Source: a virus (Duplodnaviria; Caudoviricetes). From it: a stretch of DNA of 36,696 bases. Position 1 is the first letter of the stretch; each line of letters starts with the position of its first letter. Where the stretch lies: positions 1 through 36,696 of the IMG/VR virus record IMGVR_UViG_3300037608_000072. The stretch is one strand, 5' to 3'. Shown here piece by piece: positions 27,101-36,058 of this stretch. The position numbers were made by a program, and so were the translations under genes. The notes below the pieces were generated by a model. That model worked only from the letters and a program-made list of their open reading frames with translations, had not been told where the DNA came from and searched no databases.

Positions 27101-27247
27101 TTTTCTAAATGTAATGTTGAAAATTGTGTTTTTTAAGCCCTCCCTTATGGGGAGGGTTTGGGAGGAGCCTGAAAGTGTAATTTGTAATGAAAATTATCCA
27201 TCCACATAACAATCCCATTTTCTCCTTTAATTGATAGTTCACTACTT

Positions 27248-27469
27248 TTATTTCCTTCTTACCACCCTACACCTTGCTTTTTCTGCGGCCCCCTCGGCCA
27301 GGCGAATAACATTGATTCCCTTGTCGCTTTGCTGGTTACTTCTCCCGTTCAAAATTGCCGAAACGTAACCTCTCGAAACTCCAAGCCGGCGGGCAATTCG
27401 TCCCTGTTCGCCTATTGGCATCGTATTTATAAGGTCAAGGCGGCGGTAGCGTGGTTGTTGTTTTTTCAT
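27248..27469 (-). CDS. Small HTH DNA-binding protein
   Basis: QGRIARRLGVSRGYVSAILNG. Confidence 0.75.
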   Translation of the reverse strand: MKKQQPRYRRLDLINTMPIGEQGRIARRLGVSRGYVSAILNGRSNQQSDKGINVIRLAEGAAEKARCRVVRRK

Positions 27470-27807
27470 AAGATTCCTCCTGCATATACCTCCCATAAAG
27501 GGAATAATGACTTATCATCAATGTAATGGTTAGCATAAATCTTACGACAGTTTCCTTTTTCCATAAAAGGGGCATCGGGTAAATTGTCGTTTACTGCGTC
27601 GAATTCAAGGCCGTAATTGCGGCAAAACTCGACTGCTTCGGTAAGGTAGGCACGTTCTGCCAGGTCGGTTCGGCATGTCCACAAAATCAGCTTATGCCCG
27701 CACGCCTGAAAGTGCGAAATAGTATCAAATGCCTGTGGTATGGGTTTTCCAATATTTGGAAACTTATCCTCCACAATTGTTCCGTCAAAATCTATTGCTA
27801 TAATCAT
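27466..27807 (-). CDS. HAD-superfamily phosphatase-like protein
   Basis: IAIDFDGT, LWTCR and YIDDK motifs. Confidence 0.85.
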   Translation of the reverse strand: MIIAIDFDGTIVEDKFPNIGKPIPQAFDTISHFQACGHKLILWTCRTDLAERAYLTEAVEFCRNYGLEFDAVNDNLPDAPFMEKGNCRKIYANHYIDDKSLFPLWEVYAGGIL

Positions 27808-27842
27808 CTTTTTTTATTTACTATTTGGTTATTTACTATTTA

Positions 27843-28010
27843 CTATTCTGCCGGATCAGCCTCATACAGCCGGTTGAGCATGAATAATAAACACTCGCCG
27901 GTGGTGGCGTTGGCTTCGTAAAGCGGTTGGTCTTCCTTAGGCACGATCATTTTTTCAATTGTGTCGTAAGCCTCTAATACTGCGTCCGGGTATTCTTTGT
28001 CTTTTTTCAT
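27843..28010 (-). CDS. Hypothetical protein (55 aa)
   Basis: MKKDKEYPDAVLEAYDTIEKMIVPKEDQPLYEANATTGECLLFMLNRLYEADPAE*, read manually. Confidence 0.5.
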   Translation of the reverse strand: MKKDKEYPDAVLEAYDTIEKMIVPKEDQPLYEANATTGECLLFMLNRLYEADPAE

Positions 28011-28079
28011 TTTTTATCTGTGTTAATCTGCGTTATCTGTGGTGAAAATTATTTTACATACCATTGTGGAAAAGTTGTT

Positions 28080-28277
28080 TCAGAACAATGAGGGCTGTTT
28101 TGCATCGGCCACCTGTTTTTTAACCGGGCCGCCGGTAAAGCCATTATTTGAAAGCCACTCATCCACTTCGCTTTCGGCTTTTTTCGATTCCATCAGTACA
28201 TATTTGTCGCGGCCACGGGTAAAATATTGAACTTGCAAACGGCGCATTTCGGCAACCAAGGCTATAAATTCGTTCAT
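28080..28277 (-). CDS. Hypothetical phage protein
   Basis: VAEMRRLQVQYF...SKKAESEVD; co-oriented in the early operon. Confidence 0.65.
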   Translation of the reverse strand: MNEFIALVAEMRRLQVQYFTRGRDKYVLMESKKAESEVDEWLSNNGFTGGPVKKQVADAKQPSLF

Positions 28278-28347
28278 GGTAATAATATTTTAATCGCAAA
28301 ATCCTATGTGTGTTAATAAATCAATGTTTTTCAGGGCAATCAGGGCT

Positions 28348-28548
28348 TTAGATGGTAACATCGAAGATTCCGTATTCACAGTGTATACAGTCGGGCAGGC
28401 CGACTGTGCGATCGGAATAAATGGCAGTAATGGTGCTTTGCTTAATGGTGTTGTCGGCTTTGTCTTTTACCAATACTTTGCCGCCTGTGACCATTGTCGT
28501 GCATAGGAGCATCATGCGGTCGGTGATTTGTTTTTTAGAATGTTTCAT
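28348..28548 (-). CDS. Hypothetical protein
   Basis: Probable start MKHSKKQ, overlapping the upstream gene end. Confidence 0.5.
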   Translation of the reverse strand: MKHSKKQITDRMMLLCTTMVTGGKVLVKDKADNTIKQSTITAIYSDRTVGLPDCIHCEYGIFDVTI

Positions 28549-28825
28549 GTATTTTGTGTTTGGGGTTGTGGTATAAATTGCATCGTAGTCTTTCGACATG
28601 GAAAGCGAAATCAGTAAGAGCCAGTGCCAGTTCTTTTGTTTTGTTGAAGGCGTCAATAAAGTCCTGTTCTGTCCTTAGTTCGCCGATTAGCCGAATGCCG
28701 GTAATACAATCGTGTATGCGGAAAATGTACCGTCCATCCGGGAAAAGCTTCGCATGATAACCAGCCATGCTGTCGATTGAGTCGGGAAGTAAAAAACCTT
28801 TTTTGTTGTAGGGTTCGAATTCCAT
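28535..28825 (-). CDS. Hypothetical protein
   Basis: 96 aa ORF in the early operon. Confidence 0.6.
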   Translation of the reverse strand: MEFEPYNKKGFLLPDSIDSMAGYHAKLFPDGRYIFRIHDCITGIRLIGELRTEQDFIDAFNKTKELALALTDFAFHVERLRCNLYHNPKHKIHETF

Positions 28826-28829
28826 GTCT

Positions 28830-29231
28830 TTAGAATAGCTTCAGTTGTGATTTATCTTCAACAGCCGCTAAGCTTGCCGCGGTTGGTGAGCTTGTCGAAC
28901 CATTCTTGTTCGACCCAACCGGGATGAAGCAAGGAAAATACCAGTCGCTGTATCCCCATACTTCAATTTTGCCAATCAGTTTATCACCATAGTCAGCGGA
29001 ATCTTTTATCTGGAAATTTGCAAGCTCCTTAATCCTTATAACTTCTTCAGAAACTGCCTGGCTCAGCCTGTCTGTGTTGACATTCTTTAGCTTTTTTGCA
29101 AAAATATTCAAGTGGTCTTCATCGTTGCTCCTGGAGCGTACCGGTAATTTCATTGCCCGGCTTCTTTTATAATCGGCCAAACCCTGGGGCTTGAACCGAT
29201 TTATAAGCTTGATTCTAATTGTTATGTCCAT
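28830..29231 (-). CDS. Hypothetical protein
   Basis: 133 aa ORF ending QLKLF. Confidence 0.6.
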   Translation of the reverse strand: MDITIRIKLINRFKPQGLADYKRSRAMKLPVRSRSNDEDHLNIFAKKLKNVNTDRLSQAVSEEVIRIKELANFQIKDSADYGDKLIGKIEVWGYSDWYFPCFIPVGSNKNGSTSSPTAASLAAVEDKSQLKLF

Positions 29232-29272
29232 CGCTATAAGTTTTATTGGTTACTCCCGATTGTTCGGGATTG

Positions 29273-29366
29273 TGCCGGATCGAGGACTCAAACCTCATTT
29301 CTCGAAGCCTTAGGTTGCTTGTTTCGTTTCCATCCAAGTTACTACCGTAGCGACCGAACATCCGGC
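29273..29366 (-). ncRNA. tRNA-like element (acceptor stem and T-arm intact, D and anticodon arms non-canonical)
   Basis: GCCGGAT/ATCCGGC-A acceptor stem and TGAGG-TTTGAGT-CCTCG T-arm. Confidence 0.55.
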
Positions 29367-29635
29367 AAATTTGGCCGTCTTTCCGGCCTGTCAGTTAATT
29401 TAAATTTGCATTTAGAGTAAGCGTGTGAATAACCACCTGCTTTGTATCAATGTCCCTATTTCATTCTCATTGTGCCCTCCTTTCTTTTTTTTTCGTAGAG
29501 ACGCGCAATTGCGCGTCTCTATCAGAAAAAATGAATTGGTTTTTCAATCAATCACGAAAAAAACCATTTACAAAGAACTACTGCTTTAACTTTCCCAAAG
29601 TTTTCCAAGCGTTATAAAACTTTGGGAAAGTTGTT

Positions 29636-30328
29636 CTATTTGAAAATCTCGAAGTTTGGTTCAAAGCCTTCGGGAAAATCGACAGATGTGATCGAAAGCT
29701 GAACGGCTTGCTTCTTTCCGATCGAGTCGAGTACTTCGGCCTCGATGAAAATAGCCGAGCGCACGGGTTTGTAGCTGGCACGGATGATTTCAACGCCCTT
29801 GTAAAACTGTTCGTTCTGAACCTTATCTGCCAGGTTCTGGAGGTCAAGAACGCGGTTTGGTTTAAGATTGCCTTTCGCATCCTTCTTCAGGAGGCTGTTG
29901 ATCATGTCAACCAGGTTTGCGCTGTTTGCATCTACGGCCAGACCTGTGATGTACTCGCGTATTAGCGAAATACCCATATCCAGCGTGTCATCGAACTTAT
30001 CAATCACACGGAAGCCAATGGTGACGGAGTTACCGTCATCGTCGGTAAAAGTGTGGCTCTGTTGTCCTGATTTTGCGCCGTAAAGCTCCTGTTTAAGCTG
30101 TATGATTGCGGCAAACGAGCCGTAAACCTCTGCTTTTGCAAGGCTCAACATGTTGCTCACCGATTGCAGGTCGATAATCTGTTCGCGAACGGTTTGATTA
30201 ACCAGTTCTTTGTAGCTCGCACGTTCGTTGGCTAAGGCATCTTTTTTCGCTTGCTTTTTTGCGGCTAATTTTAGTTCCAATTGCTCCAGTTGTTCCGGAG
30301 TTAAATCTTCAATCTCGATGTCTTTCAT
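29636..30328 (-). CDS. DUF3164-like Mu-like phage protein
   Basis: QQSHTFT...GNLKPNRVLDL...SYKPVRS pattern. Confidence 0.7.
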   Translation of the reverse strand: MKDIEIEDLTPEQLEQLELKLAAKKQAKKDALANERASYKELVNQTVREQIIDLQSVSNMLSLAKAEVYGSFAAIIQLKQELYGAKSGQQSHTFTDDDGNSVTIGFRVIDKFDDTLDMGISLIREYITGLAVDANSANLVDMINSLLKKDAKGNLKPNRVLDLQNLADKVQNEQFYKGVEIIRASYKPVRSAIFIEAEVLDSIGKKQAVQLSITSVDFPEGFEPNFEIFK

Positions 30329-30567
30329 TTTTTATTTGTTTTTATGATGTTAATAATTGCTTCGTCTATAATTGTTTCAAAAAATTCTTTGGCGGGCTTT
30401 TTCGATCCGTCTGATAGAACCACATGCAGCTTCGAGACAGTTACCGGCTCGCAGCGGTTGTGGTATTCGCTTCGCCATTCTGTTGCGTCAACCATCGCGG
30501 TTTCGTAACCAATTATTTTCAGGTAGTTGGTTAGTTGCGAGTCAGTAAGGTGTATTTGTACAATCAT
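30325..30567 (-). CDS. Hypothetical protein
   Basis: 80 aa, with ATGA-type overlaps. Confidence 0.6.
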   Translation of the reverse strand: MIVQIHLTDSQLTNYLKIIGYETAMVDATEWRSEYHNRCEPVTVSKLHVVLSDGSKKPAKEFFETIIDEAIINIIKTNKK

Positions 30568-30821
30568 TTTCGTTGCGTTTTTGGTATTGTAAATTCAATT
30601 TCATTGCGGTAATCGTTGTCAAACTTGCCATTCAAGCGGTTTTTAAGCACCTCAATCTTGTAGTTCAGCAGATTCAATTTGCGGGCAGTTTCGGCGGTAA
30701 AATCGCCTGATAGTTGTTTCGCAAGCAACGCACCGGCCAGCTCAGCACACTTGTTCCGTTCGGTGCTTAAAGACTCGCGGCATGCCCTCCTGTTCTCTGC
30801 TGAATTCTTGTCGTTTTTCAT
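30564..30821 (-). CDS. Hypothetical protein
   Basis: ORF in the coupled early operon; start uncertain. Confidence 0.5.
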   Translation of the reverse strand: MKNDKNSAENRRACRESLSTERNKCAELAGALLAKQLSGDFTAETARKLNLLNYKIEVLKNRLNGKFDNDYRNEIEFTIPKTQRK

Positions 30822-31206
30822 TGATAAATATTTTGTCAAGTGTTTTTTGTGGTATTAAGCTGGTGTTAAACATTAACCTGATGTGTATTTCGTCCGCGCT
30901 GATGTTGCTGAAGGCGTTACACACCCGCCACAGTTGCGAGCTCCACCAGTTCCAGAAATCGGGAGAGGCCAGTATTTCCTGAAATGCTTCGGTGACGGTA
31001 GTTTTTTTCAATGAGCCGGAGTTCAAAAGCTCACCAAATTGAGCCTTAAATACGTTGTAATGTGTAATGCGGTGCCGTAGCTGGTCCAGGTAATCACATC
31101 CGGAGTCGAAAAACAGCGACCATACTTCGCGTTCCTTCATGCGCTGCGAGGTGGCCATGCGCTGAACCGTTTTTGATGTAAGTGCTTTGTGAATGATATT
31201 TTCCAT
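30742..31206 (-). CDS. Hypothetical protein
   Basis: 154 aa with an SPDFWNWW motif. Confidence 0.6.
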   Translation of the reverse strand: MENIIHKALTSKTVQRMATSQRMKEREVWSLFFDSGCDYLDQLRHRITHYNVFKAQFGELLNSGSLKKTTVTEAFQEILASPDFWNWWSSQLWRVCNAFSNISADEIHIRLMFNTSLIPQKTLDKIFINEKRQEFSREQEGMPRVFKHRTEQVC

Positions 31207-31219
31207 TTTTTGCGTTTTG

Positions 31220-31837
31220 TTATGTTGTTAATCCCCAATATTCATTTGCTTTTTCAGCGCTTATGTCGATGTATTCGCCGCCGCCATACCGGCCAACCGG
31301 GAAGGCGCGAAAACCTTCAATCCGAAAAGCGACATTTGCATCGCGCCATATCTGCTGTGCTACTTTTCCGTCCGGTTTTTTACCTTCGGTATGCGAGACA
31401 TAGATGAATAGTTTATTTGGGAATTCAGCTTTCAGTTTCTTGTACTCAGAATACTTAATTCCCCAAAACTGTACGGTATCAATTACTACCACCTGGGGGC
31501 TTTTGTGCATCAAAAGGCGTTCGCGCAATTCCTGAACAGATTCATTCGCAATCATGATAAATTTGCCATTCACTTCGCCCATGTTGCATCTGATGTAAGC
31601 TTCCTGTATCGACAGTGATAAGCCTTCTTCAACAGCATTGAATAAAACCCGTCCCCAATTCGTTAAGTATTTCGTTAGTTCCATTGTGAATGACGTTTTT
31701 CCATTTTTGATATCTCCAAAAACTATCCATGTACCGCAAAACTCAGGGCAACCAATCGCATCTTTCCATTTACCGGCAAATGGCAGCACCTTGAATTTTG
31801 CATCGATGACATTCTTTACAGAATAGGCTCGCTTCAT
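31220..31837 (-). CDS. Second P-loop ATPase (RecA/Sms-like)
   Basis: GDIKNGKTS Walker A and VVIDT Walker B. Confidence 0.8.
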   Translation of the reverse strand: MKRAYSVKNVIDAKFKVLPFAGKWKDAIGCPEFCGTWIVFGDIKNGKTSFTMELTKYLTNWGRVLFNAVEEGLSLSIQEAYIRCNMGEVNGKFIMIANESVQELRERLLMHKSPQVVVIDTVQFWGIKYSEYKKLKAEFPNKLFIYVSHTEGKKPDGKVAQQIWRDANVAFRIEGFRAFPVGRYGGGEYIDISAEKANEYWGLTT

Positions 31838-32718
31838 TGAGCTTTCGTCAGTTCGTTGTATATTCTTCGTAAGCTGGGGCGGCCATCTTCGCCCATTGTG
31901 TTGCGTAGTATCGCGCCCGGGTTCGATCCTTCGGGCGCGTTGGCTTTGATGATCATCATTGCCGTAGCGCTCAGCAGCTTATTACCTTCTTCTCCTGAAA
32001 CTGGTATCACTTTACCGTATCGTTTGCCAAAGCGGCTGAAAAGCTCTGTATAACCTACTTTTTTGTAGTTGATAGAATTGCGCATCCGGGCTTCAAGACC
32101 ATCGGCGCCCATCATGTAAAAACCGCAAAAGTGTTCGGTGGCATTCCAGAGGGCTTTTATTTCCAGAAATGCAGAATGTTCCAGGTCACCAGCCTCGTCG
32201 AGTACAATCAGGGGAGTTGGGAGCGTTTTCAGGTAAAAAACAAGGTCGCCGTAAACATCGGCATACCGGCCAGTACTTCCAACGCCATAACCCTGTGCAA
32301 TGCTCCGGATCAGCTTTTGTTTACTCTTTACCTGCGAGCAATCTACATACACCGCGTTCTTATTGTTACGGCAATAATGCTGTGCCGAAACTGTTTTGCC
32401 GATATCTGACAAATCGACAAGCAGCGAAGACAAACCCTGTTTTTGACAAACACCCAACTGTGTGGTGATGAATTGAAAAACCGGAGTGTTTGCAATCTTC
32501 CATTCGGCGCGGTTGCTCAGGCTCACGTTTAACTGCCGTGCCAGGCTTATCCACTTAGCGTCTGAAAGAACCTGTTCGGTTTCGCCCTTCTTAATGCGGC
32601 TGTAGATTGCATTGTTAATTCCGATTGATACTGAGAAGCGGGCGTCGGAGCCGTCGAAATTGGCGCGCGATACGGCCATCGCTTCTATTACTTTGTTTTT
32701 AAATTCGGTAGTGATCAT
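31834..32718 (-). CDS. MuB-like AAA+ transposition ATPase
   Basis: N-terminal HTH, DIGKT and VLDEAG; directly downstream of the transposase. Confidence 0.85.
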   Translation of the reverse strand: MITTEFKNKVIEAMAVSRANFDGSDARFSVSIGINNAIYSRIKKGETEQVLSDAKWISLARQLNVSLSNRAEWKIANTPVFQFITTQLGVCQKQGLSSLLVDLSDIGKTVSAQHYCRNNKNAVYVDCSQVKSKQKLIRSIAQGYGVGSTGRYADVYGDLVFYLKTLPTPLIVLDEAGDLEHSAFLEIKALWNATEHFCGFYMMGADGLEARMRNSINYKKVGYTELFSRFGKRYGKVIPVSGEEGNKLLSATAMMIIKANAPEGSNPGAILRNTMGEDGRPSLRRIYNELTKAQ

Positions 32719-32736
32719 GATTTTTGGTTTTAATTG

Positions 32737-34848
32737 TTAGAGTGCATTCACCGCTTTTGCAGCCCAATCGTTGTAATCAAGCTCGTCAGTTTCATATCCA
32801 ACAGGTTGCGCGGTTTCGGGTACTATCGTAGTTGTAATTTCATTCAGTTGTTTGGCCTCTGTGGCGTCCATACTGCCAATAATCGGAATGTCGGAACGGC
32901 GGTCGCCAATCATCTTGTCAAATTTCGCAAGGCGTTTTTGCTGGTGCAGCATTCCGGCTTCATCATCCTCGGTGCGCTCGAAAGCAAATTCGTTGTAAGC
33001 GTTTAGCGACTTATTAAGAGCCTCGCACAGGTATGTGTCGCCCTGGTACAAGTAGGCAGTCTTCAAAGTGCCATCAGCTTCGGGCATCCAGTAGGCGGTT
33101 ACGGTGTTATTGTTTGGTTTCAGGCGGTTTATGGCCGTGTAGTCAGCAATCTCGAAACGTTCATCGTTAATCCAGCACCAGTCGTTGTTGTTAATGCTCG
33201 TTTCGGTCACATTCCCAATGTACTTATACAGGTACCTGTTTTCAACTGGCTTCAGGTTCGGGTTAACGCGTTGCATCAGCACATCGCGGCGGGTCATTCC
33301 GGGGTAAGTTTTTTGGAGCGGGTGCAGTTCGTTGTTGTGCTTTATCACATCGGCCAAATCATCGGCTACAATGGTCTGTGGTTGAAGATTGTCGGCCTTG
33401 AAATTGTTGGTCCTTATTGTTCCGTTCAATACCTTATCCGACTGTTTACCCTCAATAACATAGTCGCCATTTACTTTATTCCGAACGCTCCGGAAAGCTT
33501 CGTGTCCGGCATACCAGCGACCGCGCGTGTGGCCTTCTTTTTTCGATACACCGTACTTGAAAGCCTTGATGGCATGTTCGGCGCGTTTCTCTGTGAAACT
33601 TTCGCAGAACCGTACGAAGGGAAACAATTCATTCAGCCAACTGATATCCTGCATAAGGTGATACTCAACCTCCAATTCGCCAGGCATCGGCATATTAAGC
33701 TCAGCCAATTCACAAAACATATTCCTGAACGATTCCAAAACAGTGTTGGCGGTTGGCTTACCAACCACGTAGGCCGGGCGAAACCAATAACCGCTCAATA
33801 CGTCAACGGCAATGTATTTGTACACCCAACCGCGAACCGATTGGCGGCTCATGGCCACATCATCCATCGAAATTTTTGAGAGCGAATAAGCGCCCAGTTT
33901 GCGCTGGTGTTTAGGCCGCTTTTTATTCATGTAATCAAAGTTTCCGTTGCGGTCGGTATAAACAGCGGTGTTATTCACTTCGTCCTTCAGGTAATTCCAA
34001 ACGGTCGCTTCAGTAACTTCCATCGCGCGGCCTTTGTGCCTGAAATCGGCAGGGTTAAAAACCTCACCGGTCTTTTTATCGTGAAATTCTTTCGATCCGG
34101 ATACAAACTCGAGGTAACGCTGATGAACAGTCGTGATAAATGGCTTGTCGTAAGTGCGCCACAGGGCCAGAAATAAATTTTCGATTGAGGTAGAAACTTT
34201 GCGCGAGTTATCGTTGCCCTGGTTGCCATGTATAAGGCTGTCGTAGCCCTCCTTTATAAATCGTTTAAACAGCCTTTCAAGACTGCGAGGATTGCTTATT
34301 AAGCGACACGGATACGGCGCGTTGTCTTTTGATATGTTATCAAGTTTAATCGGGTGCTCTTCGTCAAACTGTATTCCGGTAGCCTGGTATAGATACCAAT
34401 ATAAAGCAAGTTGCCAAAATTCGCCCATCGGTACGCGCTTTCCATTTTTTGCGCGGGCAGCCTGTTGTATTTGCAGACCACGGCGCAATCCATTCAGTAC
34501 GCTTGCCAGGTTTGTATATTCCTTGATTGCATCCGGATCCAGTGGCGATCCATCAACTTTGCAATAAGTCAAATAGTGATCGCGCGCCTGTGTGTCAAAC
34601 TCAACCGAATAAGTTGGAATTACCTTTTTCGGTTTGTCAAGTCTGCCAAACGCCGCCTCAATAACTCGTTTGCGGTCGGGCCTCTTAATCGAATTAACGT
34701 CAATCATTGTATTGCCGTTGATTGAACGATGAACGATCTTAAGGAAACCCCTTGAACTGTCTTTCTTTAATTGATCCTGTGTGAATCCAAGGCTAATCCA
34801 ATCGTTGACACTTATTGCAACTGCTGCGTTGTCGAGAGTTTGATACAT
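32737..34848 (-). CDS. MuA-like transposase
   Basis: About 700 aa with SKISMDD, AVDVLS, ELEVEYH and EKRAEH acidic motifs, followed by the ATPase. Probable start MYQTLD. Confidence 0.85.
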   Translation of the reverse strand: MYQTLDNAAVAISVNDWISLGFTQDQLKKDSSRGFLKIVHRSINGNTMIDVNSIKRPDRKRVIEAAFGRLDKPKKVIPTYSVEFDTQARDHYLTYCKVDGSPLDPDAIKEYTNLASVLNGLRRGLQIQQAARAKNGKRVPMGEFWQLALYWYLYQATGIQFDEEHPIKLDNISKDNAPYPCRLISNPRSLERLFKRFIKEGYDSLIHGNQGNDNSRKVSTSIENLFLALWRTYDKPFITTVHQRYLEFVSGSKEFHDKKTGEVFNPADFRHKGRAMEVTEATVWNYLKDEVNNTAVYTDRNGNFDYMNKKRPKHQRKLGAYSLSKISMDDVAMSRQSVRGWVYKYIAVDVLSGYWFRPAYVVGKPTANTVLESFRNMFCELAELNMPMPGELEVEYHLMQDISWLNELFPFVRFCESFTEKRAEHAIKAFKYGVSKKEGHTRGRWYAGHEAFRSVRNKVNGDYVIEGKQSDKVLNGTIRTNNFKADNLQPQTIVADDLADVIKHNNELHPLQKTYPGMTRRDVLMQRVNPNLKPVENRYLYKYIGNVTETSINNNDWCWINDERFEIADYTAINRLKPNNNTVTAYWMPEADGTLKTAYLYQGDTYLCEALNKSLNAYNEFAFERTEDDEAGMLHQQKRLAKFDKMIGDRRSDIPIIGSMDATEAKQLNEITTTIVPETAQPVGYETDELDYNDWAAKAVNAL

Positions 34849-34876
34849 TTTGCTATCTTTTGCGAAAATTTCAGTT

Positions 34877-35209
34877 ATGGATACTAAAGACTTTTTACAG
34901 TTTGTTGAGCTTCGAAACGCTCTCTCCAGGACGAACATATCGGTTCAGATACTGAAGGCTCAAAACGACGCCTTATACGACGTTCTGTTTGGCATTGCAG
35001 CGGCTTTAGAAATGCCCAACCCAAATTTTTGCACAGAGACAAAAATTTATTTTTGGAACACGCTTGGTGAAAAGCTATACGGCTTGCTATTCGACGAAAG
35101 CGATCATCTTCGCCAGGGTCTTTCTCAAACCGAAGAGGAGGGAATAAATGTTGCAATTGAAGATGTAAAGCGTCGCATTGTTGATCTTGAGAAAGAAATG
35201 ATTCCATAA
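34877..35209 (+). CDS. Hypothetical protein oriented against the early operon
   Basis: 110 aa from MDTKDF, filling the gap between the Ner-like gene and the transposase. Confidence 0.6.
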   Translation: MDTKDFLQFVELRNALSRTNISVQILKAQNDALYDVLFGIAAALEMPNPNFCTETKIYFWNTLGEKLYGLLFDESDHLRQGLSQTEEEGINVAIEDVKRRIVDLEKEMIP

Positions 35210-35219
35210 TGTTGTAGTT

Positions 35220-35519
35220 TTATTGGTTAGTATTCATTTTATCAATCAGTGCCTGGCTTTCTTCTGAAAGCTTAGCCGCGGCTTTGTTTTCTTTTTCAAT
35301 CAACTCGATCAAAATCCTCAATACTTCTTTGTGGCATCCTTTACGCATACCGCGGAGTCCTTTTGAGTAATAGTAGACTGCTGTCGTCGTTACTTTCATT
35401 TTACCCTTCACAACATCTGTCCAATAACTAGGCGCCCGTTGTATCAACTCGCTAATTTGTTGGAGTATAAGCTTGTCGTTATCGCTTATTTTTTGTGTTC
35501 TGATATTCTCTTTGTTCAT
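35220..35519 (-). CDS. Ner/Cro-like first early gene
   Basis: Divergent from the repressor, with an HTH-like VKGKMKVTTTAVYYYSKG. Confidence 0.55.
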   Translation of the reverse strand: MNKENIRTQKISDNDKLILQQISELIQRAPSYWTDVVKGKMKVTTTAVYYYSKGLRGMRKGCHKEVLRILIELIEKENKAAAKLSEESQALIDKMNTNQ

Positions 35520-35623
35520 AGTCCTTTATTTTTGCTTTATATTTGTTATATATTTGCTTTTACAATGTGATTACAAACATACATACATTTCATATAAATA
35601 CAAACATTTCCGTACTATTTTTC
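35520..35623. promoter_or_regulatory. Immunity switch region with overlapping promoters
   Basis: TATATTTG (+) at 35538 and 35549, TATGTTTG (-) at 35574-35581, and TACAAACAT repeats at 35572 and 35599. Confidence 0.6.
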
Positions 35624-36058
35624 ATGGAGCTACCTGAATTAAATAGAAGAATAAAGGATGTTATTGATTATAAGGCAGATGGTAACGTCAAAAAGTTTTC
35701 AGAAGTGGTAAATATTTCCCAGCAAAAGGTCAATAGATTATTCAATATTGATACAAGAACAGGAAAATATCCGACCGTGCCGTCAGATTTACTTACATGT
35801 ATTACTGAATTGTTTGTAGATATTGATCTAAAATGGTTATTAACTGGAAACGGATTTATGCTTTCTGATAATGAAATTAGAATTCCAGTTAGCGGGCCGG
35901 CGCCTGAAATGGTAGAAAAGCTGATGGATATGCTTGACCGAAAAGACCAGAAGATAATTGAAATGGCCAAAGAAATAGGGGAACTTAAAAACGAGGTTTC
36001 CATACTAAAAAAACAAGGTAAGCAACCTGTTAATTATTTGCATGCTGCCGAACCTTAA
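35624..36058 (+). CDS. Phage repressor (HTH plus coiled coil)
   Basis: NVKKFSEVVNISQQKVNRL, IDLKWLLTGNGFML and a C-terminal coiled coil. Probable start MELPEL. Confidence 0.8.
   Translation: MELPELNRRIKDVIDYKADGNVKKFSEVVNISQQKVNRLFNIDTRTGKYPTVPSDLLTCITELFVDIDLKWLLTGNGFMLSDNEIRIPVSGPAPEMVEKLMDMLDRKDQKIIEMAKEIGELKNEVSILKKQGKQPVNYLHAAEP

Noticed and set aside
12657-29632. Palindromic repeats as a CRISPR array
   Set aside because: Copies are dispersed over kilobases with no regular spacers and no cas genes.
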